DNA from: Penicillus capitatus
Taxonomy: Eukaryota > Plantae > Chlorophyta
Direction of reading: 5' to 3'
Assembly: GCA_965649825.1 (NCBI GenBank)
Contig: OZ287701.1
Coordinates: 1,043,101 to 1,107,100, forward strand
Length of the DNA: 64,000 bases
In this document: piece by piece, positions 51,054-64,000 of the stretch
Numbering within the stretch: the stretch's first letter is position 1
Layout of the letters: every line of letters begins with the position of its first letter
The notes under the pieces: model-generated
Database searches by the model: none
Seen by the model: the letters and a program-made list of their open reading frames with translations, nothing else
What the model was told of the DNA's origin: nothing
Made by a program: the position numbers and the translations under genes

Positions 51054-53500
51054 TCAGAAGATCTTGGCAATCAGTCCTGTGCATTGCTCCAGGCAGATCG
51101 GGCATCGGCGGTGCGGTTGATGGTAAACCTTGCGAGCACATTCCTCGCAAGCACAGATATGCGCCCTAGATGCACAACCCTGATGCCGAATGAAGACGAC
51201 AGGCAAAAACTGACGTCTCTCCGTGATAGAAACCAGATGTCTGTGGTTTATCTCTGCACACGACACAGACGGCACCTCGATGAACAAACTGAACACACGC
51301 CTAAGTACAACAGTACTGGACGGATGGACATCGCACACACATTGTCGTCAGTCTGTGGTGTTCTGAGTGACGGTCGGTGAGCAGGAGGATTGAAGCGCAG
51401 TCGTTCAAGCTCCCGACGCATCCCGTCAGCACTGACATCTCCGCGATCCAACGGCCGCACGACGATGGTGCTTCCGGAAACCAGTCCAAACTGTTCGCAT
51501 CCATCTGTCAAATGCCTGTCGATAAGAGACACGGATGTACTTCTGCCACTGTCGAATTGACAGACAATATCTCCCTTGACGAAATCTCGGAATCCACGAC
51601 AAAGAAGGCATAGTCCCGATCTTCCAATTCTTCGCGAAGTTCGTCGACATGAATGACACAGAACGAAAAGAGTCGATCGTCTTCGCCCGCCGAGGCGCTT
51701 CCCAGATATTCCAGCTGATCGAGTCGGGGATCCAGCAGCAAGAAAAAGAGGAGAACCGAAGTGCGACGTTGTCCCGACGGCATGTCACCCTCACCGGATT
51801 GCAGGTAGAACGTCATGGTACCGTCATCCGGTGCACTGTCTTGGCGACAGAGCTCGCAAAGACGGAAATCGAACTCCTCCAAGTCATCCACATGTACAGC
51901 CTTGGGGAGGAAGCCACGTCCGTGCGAACAACGAAACCACATCGTCGATTGCGTCGGATCCCATCGCGTATCCCTCTCGATCTACATCTGATCATCTCAC
52001 TGAACATAGAGTGCGATTTCACTGCACCATCTCTTTGATCTTCTTCAACGGCCAGTGCGGTGGAGAGAGGGCCACTTGGCTTTTCGGTGCATCGAAGATA
52101 CTGATGGATGCTTTCCCTGCCACGTGTCTCTCGATGTCTTCGTCTGTGAGCACTTCGATGGCGATCCTCTGTCTATCCACCGAATAGTAATCCACCGTCA
52201 GTCTCGTTGATGGCTGCCTGATCGACAGCAGCCGCAGTCCGATGGTCAGACGGCCGCCGCGGTGATGGGGATCCTCCAAAGCCTTGTAGAATTTGCGGGG
52301 CGGAGTAAACAGAAACATAGCTGATCGGTCTCCCATCACTTGCTTGCCTGCAGGCACAACAACAGATCGACAGAGACTTCCCGGTCACACAGCGCTGTCT
52401 TCCGTAATGTTTTTTTTTTTCTCCCCCTCGACGATTCAGAGATCGAACAGATACTCACTTTGCACGCAGCTCGCATTGGGTAGGGATTGAGCGATGAGGA
52501 GTGCCTGACATTCCATGTGAACAGGATTCGTGACAGACAGATCCGTGACGGTGATCGCGAAGTGAGTGCCAAAGAAGGCACGCAGGTGAACACCCCTAGA
52601 CAATAACAATCAGACCGCCGCATGAAGGGAGAGATCTCAGCACCATTCTTTTCGATGCAAGACGAATCGCTCTGTCCTCACGAACTCGTCCAGCGCTACT
52701 GGCATCACGTTCCACTGCGGAGAATCGAGAAACCAATAAGTATCCGAGTCGTGCAGTGCCAAATCGCACCACGCAGCATGCCTCCGCTTCGCCCTCGTAG
52801 ACATTGAATGCCTCTTGATGTGACGTGTACACTTGCAGCTGAAACTCGATCTCGATGTATCTGCTGTCGTTCAGGTGACCCACAGGTACAGTGTCCCCAT
52901 AGCGGCCGTTGTACTCAAGAGCACGTGGTCGACCTGCGGGAATCGATGACGGTAAGGAGAGCCCTTCTGGGGGAGGTGCAAAACCAGGAAGGTGCACGGG
53001 AGAGACGATCATCCAGCAGCATTGACGCGAGTCTCCGCTGCCGACAGGACTGCGCAAGCGCCAGACCGCATGTATGCGTCCGTCTGTCCGGGCCGTTAAA
53101 CAGGCCGTCCTTCAAAGCATGTCACATCATTCAATGTGTGACATGTCTATGTCGCACCAATCGCAGCCCGAGAAAGCGAGATCCATCGTCTCCAGTTCTT
53201 CGCCAGGTCTTTCGAAGATGTCTGTCTCCACGCGAACCTGCAGCGGAGATGGGAGAGGGGTGAGCGCCGACAATGGGTATACGGTGAGGCTCGTGAGTCC
53301 AAAGTCGAAGGTCTGTCCGCTGATGATGTACTCCACTCCACTCCACTGGCCTCGTTCGTCTGGAAGGTTCTTTGTCTCGCGACGCGCTGTGCGTTGTTCC
53401 GAGCGACTTACTGAAGCAGTTGTTTCCTGCCATGTTTGCGCACAGTATGTCAACTGCGAAATGAAGAAACGTTGAGGAAACGGACGTGTTCGCCATCGCC
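51054..53500 (-). CDS. Multi-exon protein of unknown N-terminal domain(s) with a C-terminal MDM2/MDM4-type C2H2C4 RING (probable E3 ligase); start approximate
   Basis: Spliced C-terminus CVVCRDKPQTSGFYHGETAHICACEECARKVYHQPHRRCPICLEQCTGLIAKIF matches the MDM2 RING pattern C-x2-C...HG.T.H..AC..CA...CP.C ending in an aromatic residue. Coding-like exons continue beyond the duplication end to about 53500. Confidence 0.72.
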
Positions 53501-55148
53501 CGAACGGTTCGGTTCGCCGAAGAACGATGGGACGTCTGGATGTCAAGAACGAAGAACGGGATTCGACGTTTTCTCTTCTTTACTCGTTCGAAGTGGGATC
53601 GCATTAGGAATCCAAGAAGAAGAAGACTTATCTTCCTCGCCCAATCATTGTTTTCGTCTTCGTGTAGCGTTTTAACCGGCAAAGTTCTGTGGAGCGATGA
53701 GAACGGATCTGCTGCGTTCTGCAAAAGGAAGGTATTATGTAATTGTATTCTTTGTTTTTATGAATCATAGAACCCGAGATAACATAGAATCTCAGGTCCT
53801 TACCCTGTCCTTCAGCGCGACTGACAAATCTCGACGTCTTTGGTGTGACATGGGGTCCAATGATTTGACTGTAATCATCAGCCAGCGAATAATTGAAAGA
53901 ATAAACCAAAACCTCTCGATGGAATCACGTAAAACTGTCCACGCTAATTGCAAGAAAAGCAACAAGGACTCTATGGTCGCAACTTAGGTCACCCTGATGT
54001 GCAGCAGAATAACGAAAACTGGGCAAACAGCGTGATCGAATGACGGAATGTTCCCTATGTCTTCGCAGAACAAGAACAGTCTGTGAATGTTTCTCATTGT
54101 TTCAGAACTCACCAACTTGCACACGGACAGCTCTGCTTGTGAAAAGACAATGGCGATATAGGCGACTGTTACCAAGGTGGCGATCAAAAGCTCCGATGTC
54201 TGAACGGCGAACGCCATTTTACACGGAGCTAGCGCGATTCGACGTCAATGTACGATTAGATGCTATGGCCATGTATGACGACTGCATGCACGGTCGCAGT
54301 CGAAGGTGACGAATCTTCGATAGTGCTCTTCTTTCTTCGACGTACGGTCACCGATGCAATGTGAGCCACAAGAATAGTTTGTCATCTTATCCGCTGTAGT
54401 CGAAACTGGCAGGGTAAGTTAGATTCCGTCCATGTCCATTTCGTGCATTGCGACGTCGGAAAGCACAAGGCCTAGCAGAATACTAAGGCCACTCATAACT
54501 GATCAGAAAGCGAGGAAAACGATCCTCGCAGCTCTCGTAAACCAAAATGGTATTGATTTCACAAGCTGAACAATAATCCTTTCTAGCAGTTGTACCAAAC
54601 CGCCCTATAGGTTGAAAGCGAAGATGCCTTTGAATCAGGATTCGCACACGTCAAGGAGCAAAACATGACAATCTGGCTGTGAGATTGCCACGAACAATCG
54701 TTGAAACAATGAGAATATCTTGCTCGTTTCTTCGCTTAACCGTTTTCTATCAATCAGACACAATGTGTTATAGTTATCGATGATGGTTGATCCATTTGCA
54801 CGAACGAAGGTGCCATCTCTTGTTCGCTGACCAGAACTGACGCCTGCACGGACGTACGCGGGTTTGACGAAAAGTGCATCACTGTCGCTGTGCATTGGGT
54901 GAGACGCCGACGAGGAAAGGAAGGTAGATACGACACAGTCGATGACGCGACCCGCGCCGACGACGGAGCCTTATCATGGAGATGACGTGCGGGTGACGAC
55001 CACCGTCGTGGAACTGTTGCGTTCGAAAGATCGTCGTTTCACTGGCGGAAGTCTCCAACGACATGCGATGCGTGGACATACATCTCGACAGCACTTTACG
55101 ACACCGGTCTAAAAATGACCCTGGCTGGTTCAGGTCACGTTCGCCTAC

Positions 55149-58100
55149 ATGAGGCGTTTTCTCGTGTTTGTGGGGTTCTACCTCACGTGCTTGGCGTTGA
55201 CATTGGGTCAAGAAGAAATCGAAGATGTGTTGAGCAATGAGTTGCGGGAAATGGTGAGGAACGATGCCGCACTGGAAGAGATCCAAGCACGATGGGCCGC
55301 TAGTCGAAAAGGGACGTCTACCACGAGAGAGACGTGCACGATCTCCGTCAAAGGCAACGAAACGCGCATCGGGGACAGTGTCACATACAAGATCATCGGT
55401 TTAGGTTCGGAAACGGCCCACATCGAAGAGGACCCCCTGATCTCCGCCCGCGTCAAATGCGGAGGCGTAGAGATCTACAACGAAGAGAAGAAACGCTCAG
55501 AACTCAAGAATGTCACTGTCAAAGATGTAAGCATCTGTCTGAGATCTCTTGTGTGAGAATTCAACGTCCGTGATGTCAGGGGCGGTTGTATCTGTTTGAG
55601 AAGTTGCCCAACGGGATGATGACTTATGTTTATCTCAAGGATGCTGATAACATCGTGTTGGAAGATGTGCTAATGGAGAATTTGCCAACGTTCGATCCGG
55701 AACAGGTATGGGCCGAACATAACGAACGTAGATATAGAAATTCTGATCGTTCGGTTTACAGAAATATGCTGCACCGTTTGTCGCTGACAGCGGAAATTTT
55801 GACTGCAATAACTGCCAGTTCCTAAACAATACAGGTGGCGAAATGGCCGGAGCTCTTGTCTTGAGTGGCAGTGCAAACGTCGATATAAAAGAGGTGCGGC
55901 AATTAGTTATATTTGTTTAGCTTTAATGAAGAAATGCATGCAGGGAGATTTCTATGGAAATCAAGGTACAACAATCGGTGCCGTGCATTTGCTTGACAGA
56001 GCCAAACTCGACATAAAAAGATCATATGTCGAAGAAAATGTCGGCAACGTTGTCGGTGGCATCATGGTCGATGGAAGAGCCATGATCATTGCGAAGAATA
56101 TACTTCTCCAAGAGAATGAAGCAAAGGAGCAGGCCACATCAATATACGTCGCGGAAAAAGCAATAGCTGTGTTGGACGAAATACAGTTGGTCGGACGAGG
56201 ATACGATGAGAAGTATCGGGACTATCTCCTATCTCCAGATCCATCGAACCATGCCATCAATGAAGACGACTTGGCGAGAACCAGCGCCCTAAAGATGGCA
56301 GGGAAGTCAATTGTTATCGTCAAAGACGCTAACTTCTCTGAAAATGCGGCTAAGTACGGGGCCGTCTTGGTGGCTGAAGAAGCTGTGTTGTCCATGCGTA
56401 CCTGCCATTTCGAGAAGAACGCCGCCATCAACGGTGCCGGTGTCTACATCGAAGGAGGAAGAGGTGGTTATGCTCGTGTGATGAACTCCGCCTTTGTGTC
56501 CAATGTTGCACGCTACGGTGGCGCCTTGGTCTCCGCAGGTCTGTTCCTGTTTGATCCTTTCAGCTGACGAAGGGATTGTCCATCAGGAAATGGCAGCTTT
56601 GTCGTCGACGAATGCCATTTCGAATCAAACGTAGCATTCAGAGGCGGCGTTCTCTATGGAGATTACTCCAATGAAGATTCGCTTGTCGCCAACGGCACAT
56701 GCAGCAGAACTTCCATTGGAAGCAGAATGACGATCCAACAGAGCACGTATGGACACGATCCTGTGTGCAGCTGATGGAAACACGGGATCCTTCTGTGCTA
56801 TTAGTTTCACAGGTAACATGGCAGTGCACAGTGGAGGAGCGTTCTTTGTCAAGTGTACAGAGATCTTCGCAAACGAATCGACATTCACAGGAAATATGGC
56901 TCAGTCCAATGGCGGTGCAATGTACGTCGCAGAAGCCCACTCTCTTGATTTCTTGAACTGTGTCTTCAAAGAGAACTCGGCCGGTGCGTCATACAGAATG
57001 CACAGCACTGTCTGTATCTGTGTGGTTATGGTCTTGTGCAGGAGACAACGGCGGATCTCTCTACGTCAAGAATGCTCATGATATCATGTCCACAAACACC
57101 GTGTTCATCGACAACAGTGCCAATCTGAATAGCGATGCCTTTGCTTCGCTGACAGGGGACGACTCTCACGTAAGTCCATGCATTGTCTGTGCACTGTGAT
57201 CTCAGTTGAGCGCGTCTGTGGTGTTTTAGTCGAACAACATCAACATCACGCATGATGACACCAGGAACGGCGGCGCATTGTATGCTGAAGATGTCAGTGA
57301 TCTAATATTCCGGAGGTGCATCTTTAGAAAGAACTCGGCTGGTATGTTAACCAGCACGTATGGTACTTTAAGAATGTGTACAACTGCTTCTTTGCAGGCG
57401 GAATCGGCGGATCTGTGTTCGTCAACAAGTCGAACGATATCATGATCACAGACACTGTATTCCTAAAGAACACCGCAGATTTGGAAGGTGGTGCCATTGC
57501 TTCGATGTCAGGGAACAGCATCTCTGTGAGTCAATCGCCTGCGCATTGCGATCTCCTCGAGTAGAGTGTGCTGTTCCTAGTTGACCGACGTCAGCATCAC
57601 GCGCAACAGTGCTAAGGACGGCGGCGCAGTCTTTTCGTTCGACACCAAAAAGATTCAGTCGCAGCAATGCGACCTGAGACGCAATGTTGCCGTCAAAGGG
57701 GGAGCACTGTCGATGCACAACCTTGATGAGGTGTGTGCTCTATTTATCATACCGCCTGTTTGAACACGCTGTCTTTCTTTGGGCAGTTGTACTTGGAGGA
57801 TGTCGATTTGTCCAGTAACGTAGCCGAGAAAGCTGGCGGCGCTGTGAGAGCATACAATGGCAAGAAGGCGACGATCAAGAACGTGATTGTGACGGATATC
57901 AAGTCCGGGTCCGGATCACTTGCTCTGGAGAAGATCGACACCGTTTTGGTGTCCGACATAGATTTCCACGATAACATAGCTGAAGGGGCATGCGGTCAGA
58001 AGCATTACGACTTCGTCACTGTTCCCATGGTCTGTGCGCGTTTCAGGTGCTCTGGAGGTCGACAGAGCGTTGGATGCAACACTTCGCAATCTCATAGTCC

Positions 58101-59769
58101 GAAGGAATGTGGCCGCGTTTCAAGGAGGCGGTGTTTGCCTCACAAACTCGGAGACTGCTAAGATTCAAAATGTGGAGTTTTACGACAATACAGCTGGAAA
58201 TGGTGGCGGTGCTCTTTTGCTCGATGGTAGCACGGAGGTCTTCCTGAATAATACATACTTCGCAGACAACGTCGGTGCCCTCCAAGGAGGCGCCATCAAA
58301 GGTCAGTCCATCGAAAAGTGCTCGTGGCGCTGTGTACAGGGCCGTTTTGCTAATTGAAGGAAAGGGCGTGAAATCTCTCCTCATTATATTTTCAATCCTT
58401 GAAAGGAATGAGGCACAATTGAGGGGTGGGGCAATCTACTTGGAGAATTCCTCCTTGGACATCGAGGTCAATACACGCTTCACTGCATCGGTTAGGATGT
58501 CGAATCGGTTCTGATGCTTGCAGGACTGCAGAGTTACCAAAAACTATGTGGGTCCACCAAGATTGAAAAAGAACAAAGAGGCAGAGACAGTGGAGACTCT
58601 AAAAACTGAATCTGAAAAGACAGAAAAGGGCAAGGAGACGGCAGATGTCGCCGCAAAGGAACAGCCAGAAACGGATGATCCGAACGAGCGTATTGTTTCT
58701 GCCAATCGTGTGCTGGCGACAGGTCAATCAAGTCTCCTCTGATCTAAATGTCATCTCCTTTTGCAGATGCTGGTGGCGTCATCTGTGTATCAAAGGGTGA
58801 CTATTTCAAGAGTGTGGGTACAAAGTACACCTACAACGAAGCGCAGTCCGTCGGTGGCGCTGTCATGATCGAAAGCGTGAAGCTTGTAGACATTCAGTTC
58901 GACAAGTACCTCAACGGAACGGCTGCCATGAGCGGTATGCCCTCCACGAAACACCTGCATTCGACTCACGTGTGGTCTGTCTGATCTGGCAAGGTGGCTG
59001 CATCTATGGATCCGGCATTGGCAACTTCTCAATGTGGGACACGACGATGACGTACTGTGAGGCATCGAATGGAGGTGGATTCATTCTGGAAGGCAATTCG
59101 CACTTCACTGGAGGCTACAACAAGTTCATCAACAACACAGCGACGAATGGAGGAGCCTTCCTCTGCAAAGGTCCTGTCTTATCTTCGCATAACACTCTTT
59201 AGGCAACGGACGTCTTTTCAGGCGATAGTCATGTGACGATAGGAGACACCGCTTTCCGATACAACGCAGCCAAAGAAGGGGCCACTCTCTCTGTCGACTG
59301 TCGCTGCGACGTGGATGTCGACAATTCTGCTTTCTTCCGCGACAAGAAGCTCAAAGGCAATGGCGACTTCTTTCATGTGACCAGGGGATGCGGCTCTGTC
59401 AACCACAATGGCTGCGAATTCCATGGAAAGATGCCGAGCAATGGAGTGAACGCTCTATGGGCCGAAGTTGGTGGAGGATTCCTGGCACTGATCGTTGTGT
59501 TCGTCGTCGTTATCGTGCTGGCCAGAAGATGTTCGAAGAGAAGAGGTCCTCCTGCAGGAGTCGCTGGGACGGGCACATCTGATCCTTTGCTTGCCGGCAA
59601 CCGACGTGCTGCTGCACATTCCTCCGAAAGCGGTTCATTCGAGGAGACAGAATCTGAGGAAGGCGACTCTGCTCGGTCTGATAAAGAAGCCCCAGTTCTG
59701 GATCTGTATCCAAGCAAACGTTATTCGCCGGAGCGATACGGACCCCTGACGGACAGCGACAGTTATTGA
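55149..59769 (+). CDS. Type I membrane protein with a Pmp-like beta-helix ectodomain (paralog 2), apparently intact
   Basis: Signal peptide MRRFLVFVGFYLTCLALTLG; same exon series as 5504-10613; TM ALWAEVGGGFLALIVVFVVVIVLARR; short cytoplasmic tail. Homology includes upstream DNA (about 5140 vs 54795). Confidence 0.82.
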
Positions 59770-60080
59770 AGTTCAAAACTCTTCGGGACGTATAACCGTG
59801 TCGAATCTCAGACGCTGTTCACTCATTAAGAATCACATAAAACCTCCTTTCGTAGTTTCCAATCATTTACTCACAGGGTCAAAGTTCTTTCGATCATTGT
59901 TGCTATAAATGTCATTATCAAAAGGAACGATGGACTCGATAGTGTAAATGAATTATGCCCTTTCCTAGGGCTTACATGTGATGCCATCATGTCTCTAATA
60001 TTCCATCCGCATTGAACGCCGTTGCAATCTGTATAAGAGATGCTATCTGCGAGGAATCAGCCTCGGTTCACTTCGTATTC

Positions 60081-62486
60081 TCACCACCAGGACGTGTCGT
60101 CTCTTGCTCTCCTCAAAGATTCTTCCAGTAGCGGTCCATGGATAGATAACCATACCTTGATCAATTCTCGCATCTCCTCTTCTTCCGTGATGCAACGCAT
60201 CATCCGCGCTCCCAATGGAAATCCGCGTTGTCTAGAGGAGGGTGTGATGCTCAAAGCGAGACACGTCCTTTGAGAAATGGGAGTACAGAAATTGTTGTAA
60301 CGATCATCCGGAAAGAAGGTAAGACAGAAGGATGGATCACGAACTCCTGTCGCGGATCCGCGTATCGACAAACCTTCTCTTGAGAGCTGTGTTTTCTTCG
60401 GAGCTTCGAGAACCCGATCTCGACGCTGGATGGCTTTCTGGACCGATCCCCGACTTCTCCCACTCCTGTCTGTTTCTCAAATCCGCTGAACTCGAAATGT
60501 CGTACAATCGCGTACGTCCCATCGTTTCTGCACGTTCGATAGTGATGTGACGTTCTTATCGTTGCCCGGAGTTTTCCCTATGCCATTAGCCGACATCCAC
60601 ACACGGCAAGGAGATCGGTTTCGCACACAATCGTCCGTCAGGAACGCTGTCGTGCCAGCAAGTGCGAGATATGCCAAAGGCTGTGTGACCTGTCTGGCAC
60701 ACATCTTGGATATCCATATTAAACGGTCAGGTTTGTCGGTGCGACGAGCGCAGCGTCTGTTTAATAAGATGCGTCATCTTCCTCTTCGGAGTGGGTAGTC
60801 GATGCCATAAGCGACTCACAAAGATGTTCGCTGTCACTCAGATGCAGTTCCCATCTCTCCAGCATCCGTTCGATGTGATCGGACTTGCGCTTCTTCATGA
60901 AATCCGAACAGAGATGCTGCACCTGTTGATCAAGATCAGTAGATGACATGGTTCTCGTCAGCAGGGGGATGCGCTCGATGGGAGAGCTGGATGCGAGAGG
61001 CAGGGCATACGGGAAAACACACAATCGACACATCCGACGTATGCCTTCTGCCGACAACCGATGCACAAGAGCACGTTCTGCATCAACCAAGGATCCACAG
61101 AACTTCGAAGGGAGCCCTGGTCGAGAAGACTGTCGAGGGTACGTTAGATTCTGTGTATGAGTGACCGACCTCTCAGAGTAACATGTTCTGCTTGAAGGGT
61201 GGGATCCCAGGCACTTGGTCTCCAATGACAGCAAGACATCCAGTCACCAGACGCCTTCTGTGCTTGACCATTGCTCTCCCCTTCTCGCTGATCCGAGAAG
61301 AAATGTCGCAGCAAAGATCCAGACATGGCAGACACCTGAGTGATGCCACACGCTCGTGCTACATGTCAACAAAGACAGCGTGCCACACTGCCGTCCTTTG
61401 TGAGTTCTCACTGGCAGAGTAGAGATGACAGAACGTGTGCATGTCTGGAGACGCTGTAGAGCATGACAGTCCAGTTCTGTAAGGCAGTGAGACGTTGTCC
61501 ATGCAATGGGCATAGAACAATGGCTTCTCCTGTGCATCCAATTCCGTACAGCGTGCGAGATCTGACGTTTTTGATAAAGGAAGGATGAGACTGCTGGCAT
61601 CGAACGTGCAGGTCAGGCTCAGCACATCGGTCACCCGCTGCCTGTCAACATCACCCTCCACATCATCAACCCCTCACATACGATGCAGCAGCTTACCGAG
61701 CTCTATCCAAGACGACTTCTGGCGTCAAGAGAAAGGTCAGGACGCTGTTCTTGGGATACAGATCTTGCAGAGCGAGTGTACATTCTCTCAGAATGCCACC
61801 CCATGTACCAGACTGATCAAACACAACATGAAACCCTGTAGTAAGGGATTTCTCGCGATAGGATCGTATGCCACTGTGTGACCTTGAAACTGATCGCAGG
61901 CTTCAGTGAAGTATCGAATGCTCTCCATAGCATCGTCCGGTTTGGGAAGCACCAAGGCACTACGAGACGCCAGTAGAGCACTCCGTTCATGGTATCTCAC
62001 TCTCGACAGCTGCTTCCAATTCCGCAAAGAATCTTGCGCGACTGAGACGGGTCGCTGTCGTTGATGCACATCCAGTTTTCCACTCCACGTCTGCACCGTC
62101 GGCATCTCCACATCACTCTCTGCATTGCATTACCATCACCAGCCCAGAAGAAACCTTCAGACCTGACCTTGAGGCGAAAGATGCCGTCCCATCAACACCA
62201 TTCTCGGAACATAGCCTTCCTCCTATCACACCATCAGCAGAACAGCATCACGTCACATCACCGTCTCTCACTTTCTCGCCATGGACACAGTGATGGAGAC
62301 GTTCTCTTGGCAGTAACGCTCCTATGTCGTCTCCTTCGCGCTGTTCTCCGTAGACATCTGCCTAAAGACACTCGGCACGCCGTCGGCGGTTCTCATCGCA
62401 CGTGTTGTCTTTGCTTGAGTGTTCCAAAAATGTGCTCCCGTTAGATGAGAGGTCTCCCCGACCTGAAACGTCACAATTTCGCGCAT
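60081..62486 (-). CDS. MSTO1: Misato / DML1 tubulin-like protein, multi-exon
   Basis: N-terminus MREIVTFQVGETSHLTGAHFWNTQ; YVPRMVLMG; LSRVRYHERS; IRYFTEACDQFQG spliced to FHVVFDQSGTWGGILRECTLALQDLY. 3' end taken from the ORF ending at 60081. Confidence 0.88.
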
Positions 62487-62541
62487 TGCATTACGCGCTT
62501 GGAATATTCATCGGCGCGGCATTTCTGGCTCGTTTCTCTCC

Positions 62542-63835
62542 ATGGCACCGCCTCATCGACATCAAGCCGAAGCTTCGGCGACCGTTTTCGATGCCTTTCC
62601 CGAAGAGGAGCTGCATCCCGGACCATTAACGCCAGCCAATGCCCCGCGTCAAACTCAGACTCAGATCGCGCTCAAAATGTTTGCGTCTGGAGGCATCGCT
62701 GGCGCCTTCTCTAAGACCTTTACCGCTCCCTTTGCCAGACTGACAATTCTCTATCAAGTCAGAAACATGAGATGACCCGCGATGACCAAGTCGGCTGTCA
62801 TGATAGACACAGGGATTCAAATCTCTCGGTCATACACCGAGAGTCGACGCGGCTCTGCTTCACGTTGTGCGTCATGAAGGTGTCCGAGCACTATGGAAAG
62901 GAAATCTGGCCACCATCATACATCGGTGCGTCATACGCATGACCTTCACTCATGAGTAACAAGATATCGAAGCAGGATTCCGTACTCCTCTGCGAGTTTT
63001 TTGGCATACGAACAGACGCTGTCGTTTCTGAATGTCGTTCTGCCGAAGCAAGAGGGTGTGATTTCGGGCAAAGTCGATCTCCTTCGGAGATTTCTGGCCG
63101 GAGCAACGGCAGGGAGTATCTCGACAGTCGTGGCCTATCCCATTGACCTGGTTCGCACACGTCTAGCAGCGCAGACCTATCCAGATTACAAAGGTCATCG
63201 TCATCTGCTGCATCACACAAGAGTGATGATGTGACGGATGTGACGTGCAGGGATCTTTGATGTGTTGAGACGGACGTATATGGAGGAGCGTGCGACAGGT
63301 CTGTACAAAGGACTGGGAGGTTCCTTAGTACAGGTCGTACCAAACGTCGCTCTTAACCTTTGTGCTTACGAAACACTTCGTAGTTACTGGATGGCACATC
63401 ACGCCGATACCACATCTCCTGGTTTGGCCCACCCACCTCTGGTAACAGGACGTTCTGAAAAAAGAGTGAGATTTTAGGTTTGGTTGGGAGTGTGGTGTGT
63501 GGAGGAGCGTCAGGAATTCTTTCTTCCAGTCTGACCTATCCCGTTGATCTCATTCGCAGACGTATGCAGCTCCAAGGGTTGCATGGAGCTCCACGTACTT
63601 ACGTGTCTTACGCCGATGCCATCCAAAAAGCGTGGCAGTCTGGAGGGCTACGCGCTTTCTACACCGGCATTGCTGCCGAGTATCTCAAAGTACGTGTGCT
63701 AAAGTATGAGAGTGAAAGAGTGAGAAACGATGGATGATGATGTAGGTCGTCCCAGGAGTGGCGATCATCTACAGCGTGTATGAATTTTCGAAAAAGTCTT
63801 TGGGCGTCGAGGACTACAACGCCAAGGGGCGTTAG
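62542..63835 (+). CDS. Mitochondrial carrier family (SLC25) protein, multi-exon
   Basis: GGIAGAFSKTFTAPFARLTILYQ, FLAGATAG...YPIDLVRTRLAAQ, GLYKGLG, YPVDLIRRRMQLQG, GGLRAFYTG. Stop TAG at 63833-63835. Confidence 0.92.
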
Positions 63836-64000
63836 TCTCTTCATCGTGTGTCCTTACTGGCCACCACCAACGACAACGCCGAGTATGTTCGTTCCTTCCA
63901 TCTGCACTCGATGACGATCGTTCGAATGATTTTCGCGTGGACCGGCTCTTTTAAACGAAGCGAACGTACATACGTGTCAAATTCCGTGTCCACGATTTCC

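Larger units (their letters stand above)
38007..53153. repeat. Segmental direct duplication, copy 2
   Basis: Colinear with 12733-31398. Begins immediately after the LINE (ATG)n tail. Confidence 0.95.

Noticed and set aside
53670-54217. Possible small gene starting MAFAVQTSELLIATLVTVAYIAIVFSQA
   Set aside because: A hydrophobic start and plausible splice sites exist, but I could not assemble a convincing reading frame or recognise a family.

Overview
Compact eukaryotic nuclear DNA with many GT-AG introns of about 50-55 nt and several plastid/mitochondrial transit-peptide-like N-termini, most consistent with a green alga (inference; taxon not determinable here). Both ends carry tightly packed ordinary genes. 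Left end: acidic single-TM protein, DUF3228, 5'-nucleotidase, beta-helix surface protein, Kir channel. Right end: a second beta-helix surface protein, Misato, mitochondrial carrier. The centre is a large direct duplication (12733-31398 and 38007-53153), and a 6.6-kb RNase H-containing LINE sits exactly at the junction of the two copies. Each copy carries a giant NLR-like gene (helical N-domain, NACHT, HEAT array) and a gene ending in an MDM2-type C2H2C4 RING; the RING gene is 5'-truncated in copy 1. The most striking signal is in the HEAT arrays. They are built from near-identical 111-bp (37-aa) modules, 34 in one paralog and 27 in the other, in different order, with variation concentrated at a few positions and apparent exchange inside an invariant core. 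This looks like a repeat-shuffling receptor diversification system in a candidate algal immunity or self/non-self locus. Exon structures were inferred by eye, and no database searches were run.
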